Assembly: GCA_000004695.1 (NCBI GenBank)
Contig: CM000152.2
Coordinates: forward strand, 5,280,001-5,344,000
DNA: 64,000 bases
Source: Dictyostelium discoideum
Taxonomy: Eukaryota
Direction of reading: 5' to 3'
Shown here one piece after another: positions 13,428-25,080 of the stretch. Position 1 is the stretch's first letter, and the number at the start of each line of letters is the position of its first letter. The translations under genes and the position numbers were made by a program. The notes beneath the pieces were generated by a model that did not search any database, was not told the DNA's origin, and saw only the letters and a list, made by a program, of their open reading frames with translations.

Positions 13428-14049
13428 CAAGTAATAAACTGACACCACCCACAATTGATAGATTTGAAGTACCATTTTGAATTGATTGAAAACCCATTGC
13501 AATTGAATTCAATGATGAAGAACATGCTGTATCAATTGTCATTGATGGACCTCTGATATCATATGAAAATGATAATCTATTTGAAATGGTATGAAGAACA
13601 TTTGATGCGAAATAATTTTCAGATGTTTCATTAAAGTCTCTATTTGTTGTTGAATAATCTAATGTTGAGCAACCAATGAAACAAGATGTATTTGAACCTC
13701 TAATATCGATTGGATCGATGAATGCATCTTCTAATGCTTCCCATGTACACTTTAATAGTAATCTTGTTTGTGGATCCATTAGGGGTACTTCTGATGGATT
13801 GATTGCGAAATGAACTGGATCGAAATCACTCCATTCTTTTAATGGTAATAATCCACCAAATTTATTATTAACTTCACCGAGTAAATTGATATTGTCACTC
13901 CATCTTTCTGATGTTTCAACAATACCACTGAATCCATTCTTTAAATTATTCCATAAATGTGAAACACTACCATTATTAATTGATTCTTTACCTTGTGGAA
14001 TTCTAAATCCAATACCTACAATTGCAATTTCTTTGTTTTCTAATTTCAT
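13428..14049 (-). CDS. PKS exon 1 (start [20 protein letters not shown]…; KS active-site Cys in [10 protein letters not shown])
   Basis: The first in-frame ATG is at 14049-14047; the track ORF starts at an upstream TTG. KS N-terminal motifs present. Donor …GGVSLLL G|GTATGTT at ~13428. The three exons total 8340 nt, i.e. 2780 codons including the stop. Confidence 0.75.
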
Positions 14050-15247
14050 TTTTAATATTTCCAAAATAAAGTAAATTATATAAAATTATTATCAGAAAAA
14101 TAAAGTTATTAAAAAGGTATTTGTTATTAATATTCCAAATAAAAATAAAAAAAGATTCCATTTAAATAAATTATAAAAAAAAAAAATATGTAAATTAAAA
14201 AATTGATTTTACACACATACTCACATATAAACATATAATATATTTAATTAAACCAAAATATATTAGCTGTTTTGAAATAATCTCAAACTTTTCATCGTCA
14301 AGAGCAAACCATTGGTTGTTAATTTTATTTTAATGAAATTGTGATTTGTAGATGATGAGTAGATTTTATTTTTTAAAAAAAAAAAAAAAAATAAAAAAAA
14401 AACGTCTGGGTAGTTTTAAAAAAAAAAAAACACCTGGATGGTTTGAAAAAAAAAAAGTGTAATAGGGAGGTAAAGGGAAAAAAAAAAAATAATAATAATA
14501 AACTAAAATAAAAGGAGAAAAAAAAAACAAGAGTGGGTGAAAAAAAAAAAAAAATAAAAAAAAAACAAAATTTAAAAAATATCTATGTTTTTCTTTAATA
14601 GATCTTTTAAAATGGGAAAATAAAAAAAAAAAAAAACTAATTAAGATCTTGGTATTAAAAAAAAATCTCCACAGCAAAAGGGTTAAAAATGAATATGTTA
14701 ACACAGATTTGGGTGTAATTTTTTAAAACTAATAAGAGGTATTTCAAGAAAAAGCCTCTTTAAAACTATATATGGGTTTTTTTTTTTAAATCCTTTAATA
14801 AATTTATTTCCTTATCGATATTGTAAAATTATTTTTATTTTCGGGATTATTAATCTGACATTATAATTATTATTATTTATTAATTTTTTTTTCTTTTAAT
14901 ATTCTAAAAAATACCTAATAATTTCATAAAATAATTTATCATTTAAAAAAAAAAAAATTACAAATAAAAAAATTTAATCAATAAATTAAAATTTTAAAAC
15001 ATTTAATTTTTTTTTTTTTATCAAATTATGCGTGGTGTTTTTTTAAAATATCTTTTTTTAATTTTTTTAATTCTGAGAAAATAATTAAAATAATGAAAAA
15101 AAAAAAAATTTTATTTTTTATTTTATTTTTTTTTTTTCTATTGTTAAATTTTTATTCTTTGGTTATCTTTTTTTTTTTCAATTCTATTAAATTTTACCTT
15201 TTTTTTATTTTTTTTTTTTTTATATATTATTATTATTATTATTAAAG

Positions 15248-15388
15248 ATGTCAATGGTTTTAACCAAAGTTCCACCATTTCATTATATCCATGTTTTGGA
15301 TACAAATATACAAATTGTAAAGATGATTGAAGGTCCAATATCATATCTTGTAAAAGAACATGAAAAAATTGTAGTTCAACCAACAAGA
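15248..15388 (+). CDS. Major vault protein (MVP) homolog, exon 1 (MSMVLTKVPPFHYIHVLDTNIQ…VVQPTR)
   Basis: PPFHYIHVLD matches the vault N-terminus PPYHYIHVLD. Donor AGA|GTAAGA at 15388; acceptor ccaaag|ATGCAT at 15466. Confidence 0.8.
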
Positions 15389-15465
15389 GTAAGAAAAAAA
15401 TAAGAAATAAAGTTTTTTTAAAAATATTACACATCATTTTTAATACTTTTTTTTTTTTTCCAAAG

Positions 15466-16587
15466 ATGCATGTTATTCAAAATAATGAATATTGTATAAT
15501 TGAATCACCAGTTATTAGAGATCAAGATAAAAAGACAGTATTGGTTGATAAATACGGACAAGCAAAATTAAAACATGGATCAAGAGAGATTAGATTTGAA
15601 AGTGGGGAACCATTTCCATTGTATCCAGGTGAGAGTATGATCGGAAAGATATCACCATTGACAGTGATTTTAAATAATGAAGCCATCGTAATTAAAGCGT
15701 TAGTTGACTTTTTGGACACTGAAACTTCTAAACTTATTTCAGCAGGTGATGAATGGTTAATGTATGGTCCAGCAACTTATAAACCACGTGTAGAAGAGCA
15801 TGTCAAAGAAATTAGAAAAGCATTCATAGTGAAACCACACAACGCTTTGAAAATCATGGCAACCAATGATTTCAAAGATAAAGTCTACAAACAACAACGT
15901 AAATCAGGTGATGAATGGTTGATGACTGTCGAAGGACCATACATTCTAGATGCTTATGAAAAGTTGGTGGAAATCGTTGAGCCATATGTATTGGATGATA
16001 ATAACTCAATCCATGTTGCTGCCAATAGGAAGTTTGTAGATTCGAATGGTGTCGAGAGAAAAAAAGGTGATAAATGGTTACTCACAAAACAAGACACCAC
16101 TTTATTCATCCCTCAGCCATCTGTCACCGTTGAGAAGGTTGTGCCTGTGACTGTGCTAACCCAGTTGAATTATGTTATTATTAGTGATCCGTATGATGAG
16201 GAGACCGGTGCACCTTTGTTGGGTGAGAAAAAGATTGTTAAAGGTCCAAAGAATTTCTTTCAAAAACCTGGTGAGACTTTAAGCATTATTCAAAGTACTT
16301 ACATTTTGGAACCAGAGGATGCAGTTTATGTAAAGGTTTTAGAAGAATTTGAAGAATCTGTTCGTTCTGGAAATACTCTAAAAAATGTAACTAGAAAATC
16401 AGGTACTAAATATTTAGTCTATGGTCCATGTGAATACGTACCACCATTAACTGTACAAGTATTAAAGAAAACTAAAGCTATCATTTCAAATGAACAATTT
16501 GGAATTTACATTTTTGATTTGATGCCTGCTTTAAATGTTTTTGTAATTTTATTAATCTTTTATTTAATTTTAAAATTCTTTTTTTAG
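15466..16587 (+). CDS. MVP homolog exon 2, covering MVP repeat domains only (GDEWLMYGPATYKPRVEE…, GDEWLMTVEGPYILDAYE…, GDKWLLTKQDT…). MVP similarity ends near 16520; the last ~20 codons are a hydrophobic low-complexity tail before the stop
   Basis: Clear collinear similarity to the MVP N-terminal repeats. The conserved shoulder and cap-helix regions (about 400 more aa in canonical MVP) were not found downstream; 16590-17060 is A/T homopolymer. Confidence 0.75.
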   Translation: MHVIQNNEYCIIESPVIRDQDKKTVLVDKYGQAKLKHGSREIRFESGEPFPLYPGESMIGKISPLTVILNNEAIVIKALVDFLDTETSKLISAGDEWLMYGPATYKPRVEEHVKEIRKAFIVKPHNALKIMATNDFKDKVYKQQRKSGDEWLMTVEGPYILDAYEKLVEIVEPYVLDDNNSIHVAANRKFVDSNGVERKKGDKWLLTKQDTTLFIPQPSVTVEKVVPVTVLTQLNYVIISDPYDEETGAPLLGEKKIVKGPKNFFQKPGETLSIIQSTYILEPEDAVYVKVLEEFEESVRSGNTLKNVTRKSGTKYLVYGPCEYVPPLTVQVLKKTKAIISNEQFGIYIFDLMPALNVFVILLIFYLILKFFF

Positions 16588-16920
16588 AAAAAAAAAAAAA
16601 AAAAAAAAAAAAAAGAAAAACTATCATTTTTCAAATAATAAACTCTTTTGTGGATTTAATAGGAAAAAAAAAAAAAAAAAAAAAAAAACCAGAATGGTTA
16701 CATTCATTTTTTTTTTTTTTTATATTTTATATCATTTTGTGTATTTATATACAAAATTAATATTAAAAATAAATAAAATCAAATCATTGTATAAAAAAAA
16801 AAAAAAAAATAATATGGAAAATAAAATGAAAATATTTTTTTTTTTTTTTTTTTTTAAGTGTAAATAAAAATAAAAATAAAAATAAAAATAAAAAAATAAA
16901 AAAATTTTATGGAATATTCA

Positions 16921-16951
<31 letters not shown>

Positions 16952-17090
16952 TATTTTTTGAATTTAATAATTTTTTGTAAAATAAATAATTAAAATCATT
17001 ATTACACTGAATATACAATTACACCATACTATTTTTTAAAATTTTATTATTTTTTTATTTTTGGATCAAAAAGGGAACAATAATAATAAT

Positions 17091-17182
<92 letters not shown>

Positions 17183-17219
17183 TAATAATAATAACAGTAT
17201 ATATATTAGGTTTACAAAG

Positions 17220-18359
17220 ATGAGTTATAAAAACCATTCGAATTTAGTTTACAAATTACAAGCTATAGAGAGAGAGAAATCAAGAGTTGAAGATAGACTT
17301 GAAAAATTACACGATGATAAAAATAATTCATACCAACAACAACAACACTCTGGCTCAAAAAGAGGGAGAAATAATAATAATGATAATAGAATTCAAAATA
17401 ATAATAACAATAACAATAATAATAATAATGATAGAGCTAGAAAAAGACAACAAATTGAAAGTGGAGAAATTATATCAGGTGGTGAAACAACAACTACTAC
17501 AACAACCTCAACTTCAACTTCAACAAATGATAAACCCAAACCAATTTTAAATCAAGAACAACAAAAAAGAGGTAGAATGTTTGTTGGTTTATTAAATAGA
17601 ACATTACAAGATTTTCAAAAAGATATTACAAAAAAAACACAATCTGATAAAAAGAGAGAACAAATTGAACAAAAAGTTGAAAATACAATTAATCAAGAGG
17701 AACAAGAAAGAATTGAAAAAGAGAAATTAAAAAAACAACAACAACTTGAAAAAGAAAAGAAAATTCATGATGAATTAATTAGAAAACAAGAAGAACTAGA
17801 GGATAAAATATTACAAGAGACTTGGTCACTTCATAACAAAGTTTTATCCAATTTCAAATATAAAACTTTAAAATCCAATCCTCAAATTTATTTTTCACTT
17901 TCACCATTAGCCGATAAACATGGTTTCACTCTAAAGAATTACTTTAAAAATGATACTGACATCTCAATGAATCATTATGATAATGATACCAATAATAACA
18001 ATACTTTTAGCAGAAAAAATAAACCTGTCTCTGAGAAACCTGAAAAAAGAAGACGAAAACAACATGAAGATGATGATGATGATGATGATGATGATAATGA
18101 TAATGATGATTTTGATGAAAATGAAGATAATAATAATAATAATAACAACAATAATAGAAATGATATTAATAATAATAAAAATAATCAGGGTGAAAAAAAA
18201 GAACAAATTTTTGAAGAGATGAATAATAATAATGATGATAAAAACAAAAGTGATGGTAGTGGTGATAGCAGTGGCATTACAACTCCACCCCCCGATGAAA
18301 TAAAACCAACTGTAATTGAAAAAGATGAAAAATTAGACATTAATGAAAAAACTGTGTAA
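17220..18359 (+). CDS. Pinin homolog (pinin/SDK/memA domain), coiled-coil protein with N-rich and acidic low-complexity tracts
   Basis: KRGRMFVGLLNRTLQDFQKD…REQIEQKVE…ETWSLHNKV…YKTLKSNPQIYFSLSP is collinear with human pinin RRIFGLLMGTLQKFKQE…RQEIEQKLE…EEWNEHNAKI…KTKPHLFYIP. The ATG at 17220 is in frame with the upstream (AAT)n tract, which has no ATG and is probably 5' non-coding. Confidence 0.75.
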   Translation: MSYKNHSNLVYKLQAIEREKSRVEDRLEKLHDDKNNSYQQQQHSGSKRGRNNNNDNRIQNNNNNNNNNNNDRARKRQQIESGEIISGGETTTTTTTSTSTSTNDKPKPILNQEQQKRGRMFVGLLNRTLQDFQKDITKKTQSDKKREQIEQKVENTINQEEQERIEKEKLKKQQQLEKEKKIHDELIRKQEELEDKILQETWSLHNKVLSNFKYKTLKSNPQIYFSLSPLADKHGFTLKNYFKNDTDISMNHYDNDTNNNNTFSRKNKPVSEKPEKRRRKQHEDDDDDDDDDNDNDDFDENEDNNNNNNNNNRNDINNNKNNQGEKKEQIFEEMNNNNDDKNKSDGSGDSSGITTPPPDEIKPTVIEKDEKLDINEKTV

Positions 18360-18747
18360 TAAATAAATTTGTTGATTAGTTTTAGCGATAAACCAAAAAA
18401 AAAAAAAAAACAAATATTCCTTTTTCCAGTTTTCTTTTTTTTTATTCTGTTTTATTTTTTTTTTTTTTTTTTTTTTATTAAATCTTATGTTTTAAATAAA
18501 ATTAAATTAATTTTTAAAATATAAATAAATTGTATGTTTCAATCCTTTTTTTATATATATATATTTTTTTTTTTTTAAACTTTTTTTATTTTTTATTTTT
18601 TTTTTATTTTTTTTTTCTTTGTTATATTTATGATTGTTCTCTGTTTATTTAATAAAAGGAAAAAAGGAAAAAATTAAAAGTGTTAGTTATATATTATTAA
18701 AAACCTTACTTTTTTTTTTTTATTTTTTTTTTTATTATTATTATTAC

Positions 18748-19048
18748 TTACTTTGGAGCTTTTTTACCGGCACCTTCCAAACCTTTCTTAATGACAGCGA
18801 CGGATCTTTTAGAGTTACAAGCATTACAACATAAAAAGTATAAACGGTTGTTTCTTTCCAAGACAGTGTTTGGACTCTTACAATTACGGCAAGCTACGTA
18901 TTCTGAAATATAATGACGAATAACAATTTCAATTTGTGAAGTCTTAAATCTACCTCTAATAACAAGACGTTGATTACCATCAATTGAACCATTAGTACCT
19001 AACTCTGCAAAAACGTAATTATATACATGTTCAACTTTACGATTAAGA
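18748..19048 (-). CDS. Translation initiation factor eIF2 beta subunit, exon 2 (C4 zinc-ribbon: …FAELGTNGSIDGNQRLVIRGRFKTSQIEIVIRHYISEYVACRNCKSPNTVLERNNRLYFLCCNACNSKRSV…)
   Basis: Strong collinear match to eIF2-beta C-terminus (AELGTSGS…KGRFQQKQIE…YVTCHTCRSPDT…RLYFLQCETC). Acceptor aatttag|TCTTAATCG. Confidence 0.85.
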
Positions 19049-19135
19049 CTAAATTTATAATTAAAAAAATAAAAATAATAATATGTTAATATGTATAATT
19101 TCTTTTTTTTTTTTTTTTTAATAATTAATTCTTAC

Positions 19136-19779
19136 GTTCCACAAATTTCAGCAAAATTAGCCCAAATTGTTTTTTTAGTACCTTCACGCATAACTTGTGG
19201 TGGTTTCATTGTACGTTTTTGGTCAGAGATTAAATCTGGATTATTAGCTTGGAGGAGATGATAGATTCTATAGGTGAGTTCAGAATATTTGTAATCACGA
19301 TCAGTACCAGCCCATGGGATAGTACCTTGAACAAAGGTATCACCATCACTTGTTGTAATGGTTTTTTCTTTTGATTCACCATCTTCGGTTGGTTCGGTTT
19401 CAGTTGGTTCAGTGGTGGTGGTGGTGGTGGAGGTGGTGGTGGTAGTTGAGGATTTGCTTGATTTCTTCTTCTTTTTCTTTTCACCCATAAACTCTGCTTC
19501 TATATCTTCGTCATGTGCACCTTCATTTTCAAGTTTTTCAATTGCTTCACTGTTTTCACCTTCAGTTGATGCTAATAATGCTGCTTTCTTTTTCTTTCTC
19601 TTTTCTTTTTTTTCATCTTCTTGTTCTTGTTCATCCTCTTGTTGACTCATCATTGCTAAAGTTTTAGATTTTAATTTCTTTTTCTCTTCTTCAGTTTGTG
19701 CTGCTGAATCCTTTGATTTCTTCTTCTTTTTCATTGTAGTATCAAATACTAAAACATTTTCTTCTTCTGTTGCTGACAT
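19136..19779 (-). CDS. eIF2 beta exon 1 (lysine-box K-rich N-terminal region; …REGTKKTIWANFAEIC)
   Basis: Poly-Lys boxes and TKKT..ANF..IC match eIF2-beta. Donor GGAAC|GTAAGA at 19136. The two exons total 945 nt, i.e. 315 codons including the stop. Confidence 0.85.
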
Positions 19780-19887
19780 TTTTAAACTAAAAAAAATTTA
19801 TTTCTTTATTTTAATATAATAATTTTAAACTTTTTTTAAAAAAAAAATATAAAAAAAAAAAAAAAAATATTTTGATAAAAAATTTTG

Positions 19888-19918
<31 letters not shown>

Positions 19919-20179
19919 AAAAAAAAAAAATAAAAATAAAAATAAAAAAAAAATGAATTTCGAAGGATGAGAAAAAATAAATAAAAATAAAAAACAATTA
20001 AAATTTTTTTAAAAAAAAAAACGATCGTTAGTTTTTTAAAAAAGAGAAAAAAAATATTTTTTTTATTTTTAAATTTTCATTTTTTCCACTTACCACCACA
20101 ACAATAAAATTTTATTTTTCATTATTTATTTTTGATAAATTTTAAAGAATAAATATATATATATATATAAAATTATAAT

Positions 20180-22549
20180 ATGGCAAAAAAAAGAGTAAAG
20201 AAACCAAATACTTGGGATCCAAATTATAATAAAAGTAATAAAAAATCCAAATTAGAATCAAATGAAAATAAAGTTGAAACTAATAATAATAATGAAATAA
20301 TAATAGGTAATAATAGTGGTAGTGGTAATGATGCATATATAACAACAGCAGGTGATAAAAAGATTGATAGTAAGAACTTTTGGAATAATATTGAACCAAA
20401 GAGTGAAATATTTGAACAATACTACAAGGCAATGGGTATCATTGATAATGAAGAAGAGTTTAAAAAGATGTTTGAATTAATGGGTAAACCATTACCAACC
20501 ACATTTCGTATTAATACTACGATTGGAAAGAGTTTACAATCATTGGTAATCGATCAATTGAAAGAGTTGGTCAGTGAGAGTAGTGGTTATAAAGACATTG
20601 AAATCGATGGTGAATTGGTTGAATTGCCATCACCATTTTCATGGTATCCAAATGAAATGGCATGGAAATCGTCAATTCCAAAGAAATCATTTAAAAAGAA
20701 TCCAGAGTTATCAAAATTCCATCATTTCTTAGTCCACCACAATCAACAAGGTAATATCACTCGTCAAGAAGCAGTCTCAATGATTCCACCACTCTTTTTA
20801 GATGTTCAATCACATTATAACATTTTGGATATGTGTGCTGCACCAGGTAGTAAAACCACCCAAATCCTTGAAGACCTTCATATGAAACATAATTTAGAGA
20901 ATGAGGAAATCATTAAAAGATCATTAAAAGTCGATGGTGGTGATTCTGGTTCATCAAATGAAAAACCATCAATTTATATTCCAAAGGGTTGTATCATTGC
21001 AAATGATGTCGATACAAATCGTTGTTATATGTTGGTTACTCAAACCACTCGTCTTGGTAGTCCAGCAATTATCGTAACCAATCATGAAGCTCAAAATTTC
21101 CCATTACTCTACTCAAAGAATAGTGATGGTAGTGAATCCCCAATTTACATGGACAGAATTCTTTGTGATGTGCCATGTAGTGGCGATGGTACCACTAGAA
21201 AGAATCCAGAGGTTTGGAAAAAATGGACTCATGCAGGTTCAATTGGTTTACATCAACTTCAAATTAAAATTGCAACTCGTGGTTGTCAATTATTAAAGGT
21301 TGGTGGTCGTATGGTTTATTCAACATGTTCAATGAATCCAGTTGAAAATGAAGCAGTCATCGCTCAAATCATTCAAAAATCTGGTGGTTCTATTAAATTG
21401 GTTGATGTTTCATCACAATATCCATCATTAATTCGTAGACCTGGTCTTCATAGTTGGACTGTCATTGATAAGGCTGGTAATTTCCCAACCTTTGAAAGTC
21501 AACCGGAAGATAAAAAATATAAATTAAGTAAAACCCTTTGGCCACCAACACCACAAGAAGCAATCGATATGCATCTTGAATATTGTATGCGTGTTTATCC
21601 ACATCTCCAAGATACTGGTGGTTTCTTTATTGCTGTTTTAGAAAAAGTTTCAGATTGTCCAAATCAAATTGGTAAAAAAACTGGCCCATTAAATCAAATT
21701 GATAATGATCAAACTATAATAACAACAACAGCAACAACAACAACCACCGATAATACTACTACTACAGATGAAAAAACTACAGAAACAACAATAGAAAATC
21801 AACCAAAAAAACAAATTAAAAATGATAGACAACCAAAATTAAAAGAAAGAGATAAGAGACAAAAATTCTTTGAAGAACCATTTACAGTACCAAGTGAAGA
21901 ATTAAAGAAAGAATTGGATGTAGTTTCTAAATTTTATGGATTAATTGAATTTCCAATGGGTAATTTATTAACAAGAGGTAAAAATAGTCAAAAGATTTAT
22001 TGGGCATCAGATAGTGTTCTCTCAATCATTAGTAATGAATCCAATAACTCATTAAAGGTTATTAATTGTGCATTGAAATTATTCCAACGTCATGATGGTT
22101 TAGGTGCAATGGAATGTGCTTATAGAATATCACAAGATTCTGTACTTTGGATTGAACCATTCTTGAGCAAACGTATCATCACTATGACTCATGACGATTT
22201 GGTTATGATTTTCAAAAAGAATGAACCTTTCTTCACCGATTTCAATGAATCAATTTGTGATCAATTAAAAGCTATGGAACCAGGTTGTTTCGTTATTAAA
22301 ATTAGTGGTGCTTTACGTGAAACTCTATCATCAGGTATGGTTTTCTCTGCCTGGAGAGGTAAAGTTTCAATGCATCTTTTAGTTTCAAAACAAGAAATTG
22401 AATCTTATAAAGGTATTTTCCATGTCATCGATGATCCAGTATCTCCAACTAATAATACTGCTATCGAATCAGTTAAAAAAGATGAATCAAAAGAAATTTC
22501 TTCTGAAATTGTCCAAGATCAACCAAAAGAACAAAAAGATCAAAATTGA
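20180..22549 (+). CDS. NOL1/NOP2/Sun-family RNA (cytosine-5)-methyltransferase, NSUN2/Trm4-like
   Basis: Motifs FRIN…, LDMCAAPGSKTTQ (SAM binding), DRILCDVPCSGDGTTRKNPEVWKKW and MVYSTCSMNPVENEAV (catalytic Cys motifs) are collinear with NSUN2/Ncl1. Single long ORF with a real ATG at 20180. Confidence 0.85.
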   Translation: MAKKRVKKPNTWDPNYNKSNKKSKLESNENKVETNNNNEIIIGNNSGSGNDAYITTAGDKKIDSKNFWNNIEPKSEIFEQYYKAMGIIDNEEEFKKMFELMGKPLPTTFRINTTIGKSLQSLVIDQLKELVSESSGYKDIEIDGELVELPSPFSWYPNEMAWKSSIPKKSFKKNPELSKFHHFLVHHNQQGNITRQEAVSMIPPLFLDVQSHYNILDMCAAPGSKTTQILEDLHMKHNLENEEIIKRSLKVDGGDSGSSNEKPSIYIPKGCIIANDVDTNRCYMLVTQTTRLGSPAIIVTNHEAQNFPLLYSKNSDGSESPIYMDRILCDVPCSGDGTTRKNPEVWKKWTHAGSIGLHQLQIKIATRGCQLLKVGGRMVYSTCSMNPVENEAVIAQIIQKSGGSIKLVDVSSQYPSLIRRPGLHSWTVIDKAGNFPTFESQPEDKKYKLSKTLWPPTPQEAIDMHLEYCMRVYPHLQDTGGFFIAVLEKVSDCPNQIGKKTGPLNQIDNDQTIITTTATTTTTDNTTTTDEKTTETTIENQPKKQIKNDRQPKLKERDKRQKFFEEPFTVPSEELKKELDVVSKFYGLIEFPMGNLLTRGKNSQKIYWASDSVLSIISNESNNSLKVINCALKLFQRHDGLGAMECAYRISQDSVLWIEPFLSKRIITMTHDDLVMIFKKNEPFFTDFNESICDQLKAMEPGCFVIKISGALRETLSSGMVFSAWRGKVSMHLLVSKQEIESYKGIFHVIDDPVSPTNNTAIESVKKDESKEISSEIVQDQPKEQKDQN

Positions 22550-22979
22550 TAATTAAAAAAAAAAAATAAAAAAAAATAAAAAAAAATTAAAAAATAAAAA
22601 TAAAAAAACAATACATGGGGATGTAAAAATTTAAGTAATTTGTTCTAATCGGGTCAAATATTTTATCGGTTATATTCTCAGCTTTTTTTTTTGCTCCCCT
22701 TATAAAAATCTAATTAATTAACCCTTTTTTTCAAATTTTTTTTTTATTTCAAAAAAAAAAAAAAAAAAAAATATTTATATGACAACACCCACAATTTCTT
22801 TGATTTCTTTTGAAATTATTATTTGAATAAAAAATAAAAAAAATTAAAATAAAAATAAAAATATAAAAAATAAATAAAAAAAAAAAAAAAACCAAATTGA
22901 AGGGTTTGTGTTAAATTCTTTTTTAGAAAAACGGCAAACGTTAATTTTGTAAAAATGAGTTATAAATTTAAATATTGTG

Positions 22980-23045
22980 TGTTTCTTGGAGTATATCCAT
23001 ACACACACACACACAAACATACATAAACATACATACACATACATA
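22980..23045. repeat. (CA)n/(ACAT)n compound microsatellite
   Basis: tccatacacacacacacacaaacatacataaacatacatacacatacataca. Confidence 0.9.
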
Positions 23046-23300
23046 CAAACATAAAAAAAAAAAAAATTTAATAATTACAAATAAAATGAACTCAAAATTT
23101 TAGGTGAACTTGGTTTATTATAAGATGGTAAATATTTTCAATTCTTTCTTTTTTCTTTTTTCTTTTTTTCTTTTTCTTTTTTTTTTTATATTTAAATAAC
23201 AAATAATCTTAAAAAAAGAAATAATAAATAATTTTAAAAAAAAAAAAATTACTAATAAAATATATTTTTATATTTTTATTAGTACCTAATAGTTTCAGAA

Positions 23301-23382
23301 ATGACACTATTAAATTATGTCGAAATTTCAAGAGATTCAGTTTATCAGCAAATATTAATTTTATTAGATTCTCTTCTTAACG

Positions 23383-23458
<76 letters not shown>

Positions 23459-24512
23459 TAATAATAATAATAATAGTAATAATAATAATAATAATAATAT
23501 TTTTACTCAATGTAAAAACTTAATAAAAGAACCACAATATTATGTCTCAAGAAATGAAGGTTTGAGACTTAATTTTGTATCAAATAAAAGTGTAGACCAC
23601 AAAATATTTGATCCAATTAGAAAAAATAATGAAAATATTGAAAAAATAAAAAATTTAATTACAGATCAAGATGAATCCTTAATTCATTTGAAGAAACTTT
23701 TAAGTCGATATCAAGAATTAAATTTATCATATATAGAAAGAGCAGTTAAATCCTTTGATGAATTTGTATTTAAAAAATGTCCCTTGATAACCGGAGAAGA
23801 TTTGGTAATTAGAGAGATGTTATCATTAGATTTAGCACTCACAATAATACCTTTTGATAAACTTAATGAAAGAATTCAGAAAAAAAATAAAATAGGTACA
23901 AGTCCCGGTACCAATTTCCAAAATAAAATTTATTTCAAACTTCATTTACGTGACTCAAAATTATTGTGGCCTGTAAAAGAGTTTGCAGTTTATCAATTAT
24001 CAAATGATTTATTCTTTCAATTTTCATCACCATCGACAATTATATCAGACCTACCAATAACTTGTTTTGCACCAACGGAAATAGTTGTTATATCTAAAAT
24101 CCGATTATTGTCAGAAGATTCTGGTGAATCAAAACCAAGAAAAAAGTTAAATAAATTTAAGAATGAAAAAAACTTAATATCAATAAATGATGTGTATATA
24201 GAAGATCCTGGTATGGAAGAAAAAATAGAAAGGTCAAAAAAAGATTGGAATTTATTTTTTCAAGCTTCTAGAATTGTAGATGGTATTAGTTTAGATGATT
24301 TATTAAATAATAATAATAATTATAATAATAATATACAGGATACTATTAACTCTTTAGATGATGAAAGTTATGGAATGCATATATTAATATATTTATTAAT
24401 TTTACCAAGTGATGTTAATGGAAATAACATTTTTATCAAGAATAATAAATTATATGGTATAGATAGTGGTGAATGTCTAAATGATGAAATAGAGTTAACA
24501 GAAAAAGCATGA
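23301..24512 (+). CDS. Hypothetical protein, 403 aa, with a long poly-Asn tract; no recognised domain
   Basis: ATG-initiated ORF. Ends only 23 bp before the next same-strand ORF (see findings). Confidence 0.5.
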
Positions 24513-24534
24513 ATATAATGTCCTATTTAAAAGT

Positions 24535-25020
24535 ATGTTATTCACATTTGAATCTAGAATGGAAAGAGTTGTTAATCCAAATGTTACTAAAAATTTTTTA
24601 GCTTGTCAACCTAATACTACTATTATTAATTGGTTATTAAAAATTCATCAAAAAAATGAACATTTAAAAAAATTAGTTGATATGTTTTCAGTCAACCAAG
24701 AATCTAGAGCCAAATCATACTCTGATTTAAATTTACCACATCAATTTAAAAAAGGTTGGGTTACTTTAATGTTAAATAGATTTCATTTAATTAATCAACA
24801 ACTGCAATTTAATATCACTAATAATAATAATAGTATTGAAATGAAAACCTACCAAGATTTATTTAAAGTGACACTCCCAATTTCATATCATTTCTATAAA
24901 GCAATATCAATAAAAATACCCAATGATCCTATCAAACAATCATTGTCAATTTTTGATAGAGAGTTTTCAATTGATCAATTATTTAAAGAATATTATCCAA
25001 ATTTAAAATTTGAAGAATTA

Positions 25021-25080
<60 letters not shown>

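Noticed and set aside
14366-14704. 112-aa poly-Phe ORF on the minus strand upstream of the PKS gene
   Set aside because: Translation of A/T homopolymer promoter-region sequence.
16590-17219. Possibility that the MVP ORF continues through the poly-A encoded Lys run or into the (AAT)n tract fused to the pinin ORF
   Set aside because: That would need an intron with no MVP-like sequence afterwards. The (AAT)n frame lacks MVP similarity, and pinin has its own ATG at 17220 with full-length homology.
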